A stretch of 32,000 bases of DNA from an uncultured Clostridia bacterium (GCA_934647235.1 CAKUFG010000023.1:12672-44671), one strand, 5' to 3'. Counted from the stretch's first letter, positions 16,601 through 25,498 are shown. Program-made: numbers and translations. The notes: generated by a model not told the origin, from the sequence alone.

Positions 16601-17185
16601 TCAGCGGCGCCGCCAGCCCATGGCCAGGCAGACCATCGGCTGCGCCAGTCGCCAGGATACATCCTCCAGGCCCGCGTCCTCCATGCTTTTAAGCAGCTGC
16701 GCGGGCGATACATGGTCGTCGCCGTCGCACAGGCCCAGCAGCTCCCCTGCCTTGCACAGGGGCTCGGGCGCACCCTGCACGGCGATCAGCAATTGCCCGC
16801 CGGGCTTGAGCACCCGCGCGGCCTCGCGCAGGAAAGCGCCGTCAAAGGCGGGCGCGTTCTTTTTCATCTGATAAAACACAGCGTCGAACGCCTGATCGCG
16901 CCAGGGAATATCCTCCTTGCGGGCGCAGAAAATCTCCGCATCCGGCAGCTCCAGCCGCAGCGCGCGCGCATGCTCGGGATCATCCGCGATGCCGCAGGCG
17001 CGCAGGCTGTATTTTTGCGAAAGGAAGCGCAGCAGCCGGGTATCCTGGCAGCTCAGATCCAGAATGTTGTTATAATCATCCACGATTGCCCACTGCGCCA
17101 GCGCCTTCTGCGCGCCGCGCAGGTGCGTGCGATCCTGCAGACCCAGCGCGTGCAGCCAGGAGCGTTCCTGAACCCGTTCGAGCAT
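16601..17185 (-). CDS. Class I SAM-dependent methyltransferase-like protein (Methyltransf_11-like)
   Basis: I place the start at ATG 17185 (RBS GGAGGA 8 nt upstream), not at the track start 17263. The sequence ILDLSCQDT...FDAVFY...AARVLKPGGQLLIAV follows the class I MTase layout, but motif I lacks its glycines. Confidence 0.65.
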   Translation of the reverse strand: MLERVQERSWLHALGLQDRTHLRGAQKALAQWAIVDDYNNILDLSCQDTRLLRFLSQKYSLRACGIADDPEHARALRLELPDAEIFCARKEDIPWRDQAFDAVFYQMKKNAPAFDGAFLREAARVLKPGGQLLIAVQGAPEPLCKAGELLGLCDGDDHVSPAQLLKSMEDAGLEDVSWRLAQPMVCLAMGWRRR

Positions 17186-17202
17186 GGTGTGCTTCCTCCA
17201 AA

Positions 17203-17236
17203 CAAAAATAACCATTTTGCCGTTCGACAAAATGAT
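17203..17236 (-). terminator. Rho-independent terminator after the upp/queG-like pair
   Basis: On the minus strand, cattttgtc-gaac-ggcaaaatg forms 9 bp (one G-U pair) and is followed by GTTATTTTTGTTT. Confidence 0.4.
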
Positions 17237-17282
17237 TATAACACAAGTTCGCAATAAATGCACTATGTTTTGTAATATTTTT

Positions 17283-18194
17283 TTAATAAAGATTCTGTAA
17301 ATCTTTCAATTTTGTTGCAGCCCATCGGGCATGCTCCGCCACTACGGGCGAAGGGCTGTTTTCCAGCGCTGTAATCTGCGGCAAAAGCGCCGTATCGCCG
17401 CTGTTTGCGGCCGCCAGCAGCGCCTGCGCAATCACGCGGTTTCGGATGGCATAGTTGCGTCCATACAGCGCGGCAAAGCGCTCCATCGTATCCGGCGCAC
17501 ATGCCAGCAGCTCGGCCAGCGTAAACTCATCGGTATCCTGGCGTTCGCGCTCGGGCAGGGCGTTATAGGGACAAACGCGCTGGCAGATATCGCAGCCGAT
17601 CACCCCCATGGCCTCGCCCGGCACGCCGTAATGCATGCGGAACGCCTGCGGCACGCTCTTGCCAGACAGCATATAATTGCGCAGGCAGCGCTCGCGCACA
17701 AAGCCTTCGGCCGTAATTGCGCCCGTAGGGCAGGCGTTTCTGCATTGATTGCAGGATGCGCATTTCAGATTCCAGTCTTTAATGTCAGAACTTTGGTCTG
17801 TTATTTTTGAGTTTTCTGCCAAACTTTCTGAAATGCCGATCAATTCCAGGCAGAAACGTGAGCCAATGCCCTTCAAATAGTTCAGCGTATTGATGCCGCG
17901 TCCAAACTGCGGCAGACGATTACAGATGGGCTTGAGCCGCAGGTTGCTCAACGGCCACGCCTGCATATCCTGCGATAAAAGCTGTACCAGCGCATGCGCC
18001 TGATGATAGGCCGCGTTGCTGGCCGGATAAAAACGATCCACCAGCCTGCCGCCGGGGCGATAGGCGCGCACCAGCAGAATCAGCGTGCGGCACCCCTCCG
18101 GTGCGCCATCCTGCGGCAGGGGCGCAAAGCAATAAGCCGCGGTAAAACCATATACCGCGGCTTGATTGCAAACGCTTTCTTCGGTCCAGCGCAT
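17283..18194 (-). CDS. Epoxyqueuosine reductase (QueG)-like 2x[4Fe-4S] protein with C-terminal HEAT-like repeat
   Basis: 303 aa. It has CASCNQCRNACPTGAI and CDICQRVCPYN ferredoxin motifs and a C-terminal NSGDTALLPQITALENSPSPVVAEHARWA segment resembling the QueG HEAT tail. It sits 8 nt downstream of upp. Confidence 0.55.
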   Translation of the reverse strand: MRWTEESVCNQAAVYGFTAAYCFAPLPQDGAPEGCRTLILLVRAYRPGGRLVDRFYPASNAAYHQAHALVQLLSQDMQAWPLSNLRLKPICNRLPQFGRGINTLNYLKGIGSRFCLELIGISESLAENSKITDQSSDIKDWNLKCASCNQCRNACPTGAITAEGFVRERCLRNYMLSGKSVPQAFRMHYGVPGEAMGVIGCDICQRVCPYNALPERERQDTDEFTLAELLACAPDTMERFAALYGRNYAIRNRVIAQALLAAANSGDTALLPQITALENSPSPVVAEHARWAATKLKDLQNLY

Positions 18195-18202
18195 GGGGGT
18201 GA

Positions 18203-18901
<699 letters not shown>

Positions 18902-18914
18902 GCCCTATTTTGGA

Positions 18915-20210
18915 TTATTTTTTGCCATTCCGAGCATGAGAAGGATAATTTGCCGCAATCAGCGCCCAGGCAGCCAGCGCCAGCAACGGCTCCAGGCACA
19001 AAAGCAGGCGGATGATCTGCAATTTGGTCTGATAGGCCGCCTTAATGGGTGCCTGCAGCTCCTCCGTACTGCCGCGGAAGGTGACGGTATCCCCCGCCGC
19101 ATATACAGTCCAGCCAGTTAGGCCCCATGTGTTAATCTCCCCCAGCACCTGCTCATGGTCGGATTTCGGGTCGTAAACCTTTTGCCGATACGCATCCTGC
19201 AGTGAAACCTCATTGCCGTTTTCATCATAATAAAAGGTTTCCGCAGCCTGCTGATCCGCCCCCTCCATGCGCTGCCTGCGCCCGGCCTGCTCCTCGCACC
19301 ACTGCTGGAAGGCTTCAAAATCCGTAAAGCTGACCCATGCGGCAGGATCGTTGCCCCAATAGCTACCGGATACCAGCGCGTCCGTCAGCAGGGTCAGGCA
19401 CATGGCCGCCGTTAGTATACCCGCAACCCAGGCATGCGCGTTTTTGCGCGCGGCAGGATACAAGCCCTCCGCAGCCAAACGGCGATTGAGCAGATACAGC
19501 CCCAGGCACGCCGCCGTGCCCAGCAGCGCTCCGCAAAACGCCGCGCTCTTTAGCCACTGGCCCGGCTGTACCCACACATCCACATACCCGGCCGAAACGC
19601 CCGGCAGACATACCGCAAGCGGCAGAATCAGCGCCGCCATGGCCAGCAGGCCGATGCCGATGCGCTTGGCGCAGCCAATCACGCGGACGCGGTATTCCCG
19701 CAGCGCGCCCGCATCGTATTCTTCTTCTGTATCCATGCGCAGGGCAGCGGCGGCAAACACACCCAGCAGCGCCGCGCCCGCCAGGCACAAAAGCAAGCCT
19801 ATCACCAGCCCAGGCAGCGCGCGCATCACCGCAAAATTGCAGATCATCGCCGTCAGCAGCCCCGCAAAGCCGCAGCCCAGGCCAATCAGCATGCGCCCCT
19901 GCGCGCGGGAATAGGCAGCGCTGAGCACCCGCCGCGTCTGCTTTTTCAGCCGTTCAGGATCAGGGCTTGGCTGCGCCTCCGCAGCGCCGCTCTGCTGTGC
20001 GCGGCACTCCCCGCGCAGCAGCTCATCCACTGTAATATGAAACAAATCGGCAATCACCGGCAGCAGCGTCAGGTCGGGCAGGCTTTCATCCCGCTCCCAG
20101 CGGCTGACCGCCTTGTCGGATACCCCCAGCTGATCGGCCAGCTGCTTTTGCGTCAGGCCGTTTGCGCGCCGCAGCGCGGCAATCAGCGTGCCGATGGATT
20201 TACGCTCCAT
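18915..20210 (-). CDS. XRE-family helix-turn-helix protein with multi-pass membrane region and extracytoplasmic C-terminal domain
   Basis: 431 aa. The N-terminal HTH_3 is IGTLIAALRRANGLTQKQLADQLGVSDKAVSRWERDESLPD, followed by several hydrophobic helices. RBS GGAGGA lies 7 nt upstream. Confidence 0.8.
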   Translation of the reverse strand: MERKSIGTLIAALRRANGLTQKQLADQLGVSDKAVSRWERDESLPDLTLLPVIADLFHITVDELLRGECRAQQSGAAEAQPSPDPERLKKQTRRVLSAAYSRAQGRMLIGLGCGFAGLLTAMICNFAVMRALPGLVIGLLLCLAGAALLGVFAAAALRMDTEEEYDAGALREYRVRVIGCAKRIGIGLLAMAALILPLAVCLPGVSAGYVDVWVQPGQWLKSAAFCGALLGTAACLGLYLLNRRLAAEGLYPAARKNAHAWVAGILTAAMCLTLLTDALVSGSYWGNDPAAWVSFTDFEAFQQWCEEQAGRRQRMEGADQQAAETFYYDENGNEVSLQDAYRQKVYDPKSDHEQVLGEINTWGLTGWTVYAAGDTVTFRGSTEELQAPIKAAYQTKLQIIRLLLCLEPLLALAAWALIAANYPSHARNGKK

Positions 20211-20310
20211 TTTTCGTTCCTCCTATGCTGAAGTACGGGCTTATTCTACCATGCTGCGAGGCAAAAAGCTACCGATTGCGGCGGGAATGGCTCTCGGAAT
20301 GCGAGAATCG

Positions 20311-20339
20311 TTGCTTTTGCGCGCAGATCATGCTATAAT
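20311..20339 (+). promoter_or_regulatory. Candidate sigma-A promoter for the P-loop kinase/lipoprotein pair
   Basis: TTGCTT (20311-20316), 17 nt spacer, TATAAT (20334-20339), with a TGC extended -10. Confidence 0.45.
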
Positions 20340-20369
20340 AAGCTATACGCACGCACGGAGGCTGACAAC

Positions 20370-21101
20370 TTGCAATATCATGCCGTTATCAATGGATACC
20401 CGGTATCCGCGCACTATGACGATCAAAATGTAGAAGAAATCTTCATTCCCCTGCTGCGCCGCCTGCAGCAGCTGCACGAAAGCCGCGCAGCGCGGATAAT
20501 CGCCTTCATCGCCGCGCCGCCCGCCACGGGCAAAAGCACGCTGGTGGATTTTCTATCCCGCCTGGCTGCGCAGCTGCCCGGCATGCCGGCCGTGCAGGCG
20601 CTGGGCATGGATGGCTTTCACTACCATCAGGATTACATTCTGTCCCACACCGTTGTGCGCAATGGCAAAGAAATCGAAATGCGCCGCGTCAAGGGCGCGC
20701 CGGATACCTTTGACGTGCAGCGCCTGCGGGATACCCTGCTGGCTCTGCGCGCGGGCAATCTGCGCTGGCCTGCCTACGACCGCACGCTGCATGATGTAGT
20801 GGAGGAAGCCATCCCCGTGACCGCGCCCATCCTGCTGGTGGAGGGCAACTACCTTCTGCTGAATCAGCCCATATGGCGCGATCTGCCGCACGATTACGCC
20901 GTGTTCATCACGGCGGACGAAGTACTGCTGCGCCAGCGCCTGATTGAACGCAAGATGCGCGGCGATAAAACGCACGAGCAGGCTGCGCTGTTCTATCAGG
21001 AAAGCGACGGCCCCAACGTGCGGTTGTGCCTGAGCAGCCACCTGCCCTGTGATCTGGAACTGCAGCTATTGCCCGACGGGACGTTCATGCAAAGGAGCTG
21101 A
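20370..21101 (+). CDS. P-loop nucleoside/nucleotide kinase family protein (PRK/uridine-kinase-like, FrcK/YggC-like)
   Basis: 243 aa. The TTG start has RBS GGAGG 8 nt upstream. Walker A is AAPPATGKSTL; the Walker B-like strand is ILLVEGNYLLL. Confidence 0.65.
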   Translation: MQYHAVINGYPVSAHYDDQNVEEIFIPLLRRLQQLHESRAARIIAFIAAPPATGKSTLVDFLSRLAAQLPGMPAVQALGMDGFHYHQDYILSHTVVRNGKEIEMRRVKGAPDTFDVQRLRDTLLALRAGNLRWPAYDRTLHDVVEEAIPVTAPILLVEGNYLLLNQPIWRDLPHDYAVFITADEVLLRQRLIERKMRGDKTHEQAALFYQESDGPNVRLCLSSHLPCDLELQLLPDGTFMQRS

Positions 21102-21105
21102 ACCT

Positions 21106-21678
21106 ATGAAGCACGCAAGACGCTTTGCCGCGCTGATTGCGGCACTGCTGCTGCTGTTTGCCTGTGCGCTGGCCGACACGGCGCAGGTATACCCCGCCGC
21201 AGACGGCGGCTTCCTGCTGCTGCGGCAGGAGGATCAAACGCTGCTGATCGGCCGGGGCGGCGAGGCGGCCGTTCGCCGTCTGGCAGAGGCAAGTGGCCTG
21301 CCGGGCGTTGACCGCGTGCTGATTCTGTGCGACCATCCTACCCACATTGAGTCCGCCCAGCGCATGGCCGCGCTGTTGGATATCGGCACAGAGACGCGCG
21401 ATGCGCCGCTGCGCGTGGAAACGGAATCCGGGCTGTATATCATCGGCACGGACAAGATCGAAGCAAACGCAATCTGCTACGGCTGCGATGGGAAAGCTCT
21501 CTCCCAAACGCCCGCTGCAACGCAGCAATATGTGCTGAACCGCAATACTAAAAAGTTTCACAAGCCCACCTGCGGCAGCGTAAAGCAAATGAAGGAAAAG
21601 AACCGCCTGGTATACGAGGGCACGCGCGAGGAGGTCGTCCAGCGCGGCTATCAGCCCTGCAAGCGCTGCAATCCGTAA
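21106..21678 (+). CDS. Lipoprotein with C-terminal Cys/His zinc-binding-like motif
   Basis: I place the start at ATG 21106 (RBS AAAGGAG), 4 nt after the kinase stop. The lipobox-like sequence is LLLLFA-C. The C-terminal sequence is KKFHKPTCGSVKQM...GYQPCKRCNP. Confidence 0.6.
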   Translation: MKHARRFAALIAALLLLFACALADTAQVYPAADGGFLLLRQEDQTLLIGRGGEAAVRRLAEASGLPGVDRVLILCDHPTHIESAQRMAALLDIGTETRDAPLRVETESGLYIIGTDKIEANAICYGCDGKALSQTPAATQQYVLNRNTKKFHKPTCGSVKQMKEKNRLVYEGTREEVVQRGYQPCKRCNP

Positions 21679-21694
21679 ATCTCAATACAGCAAA

Positions 21695-21734
21695 GCCGCG
21701 CCGTTCCGATATCCGGAGCGACGCGGCGTTTTTA
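21695..21734. terminator. Terminator hairpin between convergent lipoprotein and COG0523-like genes
   Basis: Stem gccgcg (21695-21700) pairs with cgcggc (21722-21727), with additional inner pairing. GTTTTTA follows on the plus strand. Confidence 0.55.
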
Positions 21735-21743
21735 ATGCATTTG

Positions 21744-22694
21744 TCAGCTGAAGGTGACGTACTGATCCTTGGCCTTTTCGGCAGGCTCTGCGCTCACCTG
21801 TATCAGTGCTACCATCTCATGCTCCTGCGCCTTGTTGTATACTGTCTGCGCCTTAGCGGTGAGGGTATACCACTGCGTTTTGGAGGGCTTGAGATCGCCC
21901 CGGCACAGGAAGCCCAGGCAGGTGATATCGTTGGCGCAGCAGGTCATGGCCAGGCGGCCGAAGCGGAAGAAGTCCTTGGGCACGCCGGGCTCGGCAAACA
22001 CCTGCCCCTTGAAGCGCACCACCTTATCATCGTAGCGGTTGGGGTGATCCAGCGCGTCCAGGTAGAAGGTGCCGTAATTCTCCTCGCTGATGTCGATCAC
22101 GTCCGCCTTCATATCATAGGGCAGATCCTCGTCGGATACGCCGTCGTCCGAGTGGCCGTCGTTGTATTCAAACAGGATGGTCGTGGTGCTGTTCATGGCG
22201 CGCAGCTGCCGCCGCCAGGCGCTGACGTTCATATCGTTTTCGCAGCGATTGAACAGGATCAGGTCGGCGTTCTGCATGGGATCGGTCATCAGCTGGCGCA
22301 TGTTGTTCATGTAGGAGTCGAAGGTCGTCGCATCCACCATGTCAATCACCTGCACCAGCTCCCACTTGGGGGGCAGCTGCATGGTATCCAGCTTTGCAAA
22401 GGTAAAGGTGTTGTTGTATTCGATGATGACGCGCTCGGGCTTATACTGCTTGTTCAAATCCACAAACAGGGAGGGGGTCATGTCCTCCACGCTGTCCACC
22501 ATGTGCAGCGTCACTTTTTGCTTGGCCAGCTTTTCCGCGTCGTACTCCTCCTCGCCGTCCTCGCAGACGACCAGCAGCGTTTTCTGCCCGCGAGAGAAGC
22601 TCTCGTCGTCGATCATGTTGTGGATCAGCGTGGTTTTGCCGCTGTCCAGAAAACCGGCGACAATATAAATGGGAATAATCTGATTGACAGGCAT
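21744..22694 (-). CDS. COG0523-like GTPase paralogue lacking the CxCC motif, with Cys-rich C-terminal domain
   Basis: 316 aa. Walker A is GFLDSGKTT. There is no GCxCC after the ENE-like strand (it reads VVCEDGEEEYD). The C-terminal sequence is RFGRLAMTCCANDITCLGFLCRGD. RBS AAGGAG lies 7 nt upstream, 12 nt after the preceding stop. Confidence 0.65.
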   Translation of the reverse strand: MPVNQIIPIYIVAGFLDSGKTTLIHNMIDDESFSRGQKTLLVVCEDGEEEYDAEKLAKQKVTLHMVDSVEDMTPSLFVDLNKQYKPERVIIEYNNTFTFAKLDTMQLPPKWELVQVIDMVDATTFDSYMNNMRQLMTDPMQNADLILFNRCENDMNVSAWRRQLRAMNSTTTILFEYNDGHSDDGVSDEDLPYDMKADVIDISEENYGTFYLDALDHPNRYDDKVVRFKGQVFAEPGVPKDFFRFGRLAMTCCANDITCLGFLCRGDLKPSKTQWYTLTAKAQTVYNKAQEHEMVALIQVSAEPAEKAKDQYVTFS

Positions 22695-22706
22695 GAGAAT
22701 GCTCCT

Positions 22707-23915
22707 TTACACGCCGAAGAGTTCGCGCAGCGCCTTTTCGTCGATATGGGTGCCGATTACGCACAGGCGGCCGGTATAATCGGCGCTGCCGTAGCGGATA
22801 TCGGTTTCGCCGGGCACATAGTCAAAGTGCAGCCAGCGGCCATCCTCGGCCTGCACAATGCCCTTGGCGCGCAGGATCGCGCCGTAATCTTCCTCCTCTG
22901 ACAGCTTGGCCAGCGCGGCGCGCAGACCGTCCTCGGTGAAGCGCTTGGCGGTTTCTACGCCGATGTTCTCAAAGATTTCGTCCGCGTCATGGCCATGATG
23001 ATGGTGATGATGATGCTCATGATCGTGGCCGCAGCCGCAATGGCCGTGCTCATGGTCGTGGTCGTCATGCTCGTGGTCATGATCGTGGTCATGATCGTGA
23101 TCATGCTCATCATGGTCATGGTCGTGATCCTCGTCATGATCGTGATCATGGTGATGATGATGCTCGTGCTCATGCTCGTCGTCATCATCGTCATCGTCTT
23201 CGTCATGATGGTGGCCGCAGCAGCAATGGCCATCCTCATCGTGATGGTGATGATGGTGCTCATGCTCATGTTCGTCCTCGTCGTCATCCTCCACGTCTTC
23301 CATGGTCAGCAGGGCGGCGGGATGCTCGATGGTATCCAGGATGGTTTCAGCGCTCAGATCGCCCCAGGGCGTGGTGATGATGCGCGCGGCAGGGTTCTGC
23401 TCGGCCACCAGCTGGCGGCTCTTTTCTACGCGCTCGGGATCCTGCAGCTGGGTGCGGCTGAAGATGATGGTTTCGGCGCTCTTGATCTGATCCAGGAAGA
23501 ATTCGCCGAAGTTCTTCATATAGGTGCGGCAGCGGTTGGCGTCCACCACGGTGGCGCAGCCGGTGATTTCGATTTCGGGATGATGCTCGCGGGCTTCCTC
23601 CACAGCGCGGCGGATATCGCTCAGCTTGCCAACGCCCGTGGGCTCTACCAGCAGACGGTCAGGATGGTAGGTATTGATCAGATCGTCAATGGCCTTCTGG
23701 AAATCGCCCGCCAGGGTGCAGCAGATGCAGCCGCTGTTCAGCTCGGTCACGGTGATGCCCGCGTCCTTCATGAAGCCGCCGTCCACGCCGACCTCGCCGT
23801 ATTCGTTTTCAAGCAGAATCACCTTTTCGCCCTTCATCGCGCCGGAGATCAGCTTTTTGATCAGCGTGGTTTTGCCAGCGCCCAAAAAACCGGAAATAAT
23901 GTTAACCTTGACCAT
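22707..23915 (-). CDS. COG0523 (CobW/YjiA/ZigA-type) metallochaperone GTPase with His/Asp-rich insert
   Basis: 402 aa. It has Walker A GFLGAGKTT, ENEYGEVGVD, the metal motif GCICC, and a CobW_C-like tail (ILRAKGIV...WLHFDYV). RBS AAGGAG lies 8 nt upstream. Confidence 0.9.
   Translation of the reverse strand: MVKVNIISGFLGAGKTTLIKKLISGAMKGEKVILLENEYGEVGVDGGFMKDAGITVTELNSGCICCTLAGDFQKAIDDLINTYHPDRLLVEPTGVGKLSDIRRAVEEAREHHPEIEITGCATVVDANRCRTYMKNFGEFFLDQIKSAETIIFSRTQLQDPERVEKSRQLVAEQNPAARIITTPWGDLSAETILDTIEHPAALLTMEDVEDDDEDEHEHEHHHHHHDEDGHCCCGHHHDEDDDDDDDEHEHEHHHHHDHDHDEDHDHDHDEHDHDHDHDHDHEHDDHDHEHGHCGCGHDHEHHHHHHHGHDADEIFENIGVETAKRFTEDGLRAALAKLSEEEDYGAILRAKGIVQAEDGRWLHFDYVPGETDIRYGSADYTGRLCVIGTHIDEKALRELFGV
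22983..23300 (-). repeat. Low-complexity coding repeat (His/Asp/Glu codons) inside the COG0523 gene
   Basis: It encodes EDVEDDDEDEHEHEHHHHHHDEDGHCCCGHHHDEDDDDDDDEHEHEHHHHHDHDHDEDHDHDHDEHDHDHDHDHDHEHDDHDHEHGHCGCGHDHEHHHHHHHGHDAD. The DNA is iterated catgat/gtcgtg-type units. Confidence 0.9.
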
Positions 23916-23930
23916 AATGATTGCTCCTTT

Positions 23931-25013
23931 TTAATGTTGGTCGTTTGCGTATATGATATCCTGTACCGCGCCTTCGCCCTCGATGTAGGGGTTCAGCGTG
24001 AAAGGGGTATCGCTTTGAAGAATATCCATCACCCGCTGGGCCTTGTCGCCCGTAACGGGAACAGGCTGATAGTTGTTGATCTGCTCGTCGCCCGTTTCGT
24101 AATAGGGATGGATGGTAAGCCGGGTGGAATAGAGCTGGTTCTGATCAAACTGCAATTCCACCGACATCAGAGCGGTGGGAATCTGCTTGGCCGTTTTCTT
24201 ATCCGACTGCGGGCTCTTGTTGCCGCCGAACACGAAATTGCCCAGGCTGTAGAAGATCAGGCGGTTCTTATACACCTCGATGCCCTGCAGCACGTGCGGA
24301 TGCGTGCCCACCACCAGATCGGCGCCGCTGTCGATGGCGTGATGCGCAAAGCGGGTCTGATCCTTATCGTTGTGCTTGTCCTGATATTCCTCCCCGTGAT
24401 GCAGGCAGACAATCACAAAGTCCACGCCGTCCTCAGCCTTCATGCGCGGAATTTCCTTTTCAAGCCACTGGTAGTACTTTTCCATGTAATACCGGCGGAA
24501 GGAGAGCACGGCGAACCTGACGCCATTGCGCTCGAAGGTAAAGAAATCGGTATTATAGGCCCACTGAACGCCCGCCTCGGTCAGGTTCTTCTGGCAATCC
24601 TGCAGGCCGCCCTGACCAAAGTCCATCGCATGGTTGTTGCTCAGGCTTACGCCCTCCACGCTGTTTTGGGTCAGGATGTTTACAAAATCGGCCGGGCCGC
24701 GGAAATTGGTGTACAGGCTGCCGTTTTTGTAGCTTTTCTTGTCCGTCAGCACGCATTCCAGATTGATCAGGGTGTAATCATCCTGCTCAAAGAACTCCCT
24801 GGCGTATTTGAAGGGATAGGCGTAATCGTTGCCCATGGCGCGGATCATGCCCACGAAGGAATCCTTTTCGCTGTGCAGCGGTTCATCCGAGCCTAAAATG
24901 CAGTCGCCCACCAGCGTCATGCGCACGGTGGTCAGCTCCTTTTGCTTCTCCGCCAGGCCGCCCAGCGGCAGGCAGATGAGCAGGGCAAGCAGTAGTGCGG
25001 TCAGCCTGCGCAT
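23931..25013 (-). CDS. CapA/PGA_cap family metallophosphoesterase-fold protein, secreted
   Basis: I place the start at ATG 25013 (RBS AGGAGG 6 nt upstream). It has the signal peptide MRRLTALLLALLICLPLGGLA, followed by TLVGDCILGSD...NNHAMDFG...CLHHGEEY...VVGTHPHVLQGIE. Confidence 0.85.
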   Translation of the reverse strand: MRRLTALLLALLICLPLGGLAEKQKELTTVRMTLVGDCILGSDEPLHSEKDSFVGMIRAMGNDYAYPFKYAREFFEQDDYTLINLECVLTDKKSYKNGSLYTNFRGPADFVNILTQNSVEGVSLSNNHAMDFGQGGLQDCQKNLTEAGVQWAYNTDFFTFERNGVRFAVLSFRRYYMEKYYQWLEKEIPRMKAEDGVDFVIVCLHHGEEYQDKHNDKDQTRFAHHAIDSGADLVVGTHPHVLQGIEVYKNRLIFYSLGNFVFGGNKSPQSDKKTAKQIPTALMSVELQFDQNQLYSTRLTIHPYYETGDEQINNYQPVPVTGDKAQRVMDILQSDTPFTLNPYIEGEGAVQDIIYANDQH

Positions 25014-25065
25014 CCTGATCCTCCTGATTTCCATTAGCCTTCGGGCTTTCCTCAGGCCATCCAGT

Positions 25066-25094
25066 ATTTTATCACCCTTTGTCAAGTTTATCAA
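25066..25094 (-). promoter_or_regulatory. Candidate sigma-A promoter of the capA-COG0523 operon
   Basis: On the minus strand: TTGATA (25094-25089), 17 nt spacer, TAAAAT (25071-25066). Confidence 0.4.
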
Positions 25095-25157
25095 CAGTCT
25101 GAAGGTCAAATTATGTCAAAATCACTCGGCACGGCTTCGTTTAACTGAATTTTTACA

Positions 25158-25197
25158 TAAAAAGCCCGGCCATCCGCTGGGATAGCCGGGTTTGTTT
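25158..25197 (-). terminator. Rho-independent terminator after rpmA
   Basis: Stem cccggc (25165-25170) pairs with gccggg (25185-25190). On the minus strand it is followed by CTTTTTAT. Confidence 0.6.
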
Positions 25198-25213
25198 TTG
25201 ATGGGAACGCAGC

Positions 25214-25498
25214 TTACTGCTCGACGGGATAGATGCAGACCTGCTTCTTGTCGCGGCCCAGGCGCTCGAAGCGGACGATGCCGCTGGCCTTGGCGAACAG
25301 GGTGTCATCCTTGCCGATGCCTACGTTAAGGCCGGGATGGATGTGGGTGCCGCGCTGGCGAACCAGAATGTTGCCAGCCAGTACAAACTGACCATCCGCA
25401 CGCTTGGGGCCAAGGCGCTTGCTTTCGCTGTCGCGGCCGTTGCGGGTGGAGCCCATACCTTTTTTATGAGCGAACAACTGAAGATTAAGTTTCAACAT
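25214..25498 (-). CDS. rpmA: 50S ribosomal protein L27 (with Firmicute N-terminal propeptide)
   Basis: [24 protein letters not shown]... is canonical L27, including the short extension removed by Prp. Confidence 0.97.
   Translation of the reverse strand: MLKLNLQLFAHKKGMGSTRNGRDSESKRLGPKRADGQFVLAGNILVRQRGTHIHPGLNVGIGKDDTLFAKASGIVRFERLGRDKKQVCIYPVEQ

Noticed and set aside
22989-24896. A 635-aa plus-strand ORF and a 110-aa minus-strand ORF (22955-23287) that begin with bizarre repeats of M, V, I and T residues. I also asked whether the repetitive DNA at 22983-23300 is a CRISPR array or minisatellite.
   Set aside because: These are alternative-frame readings of the His/Asp codon repeat inside the COG0523 gene. 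There is no repeat-spacer architecture, and the in-frame product is continuous with conserved GTPase and CobW_C domains.
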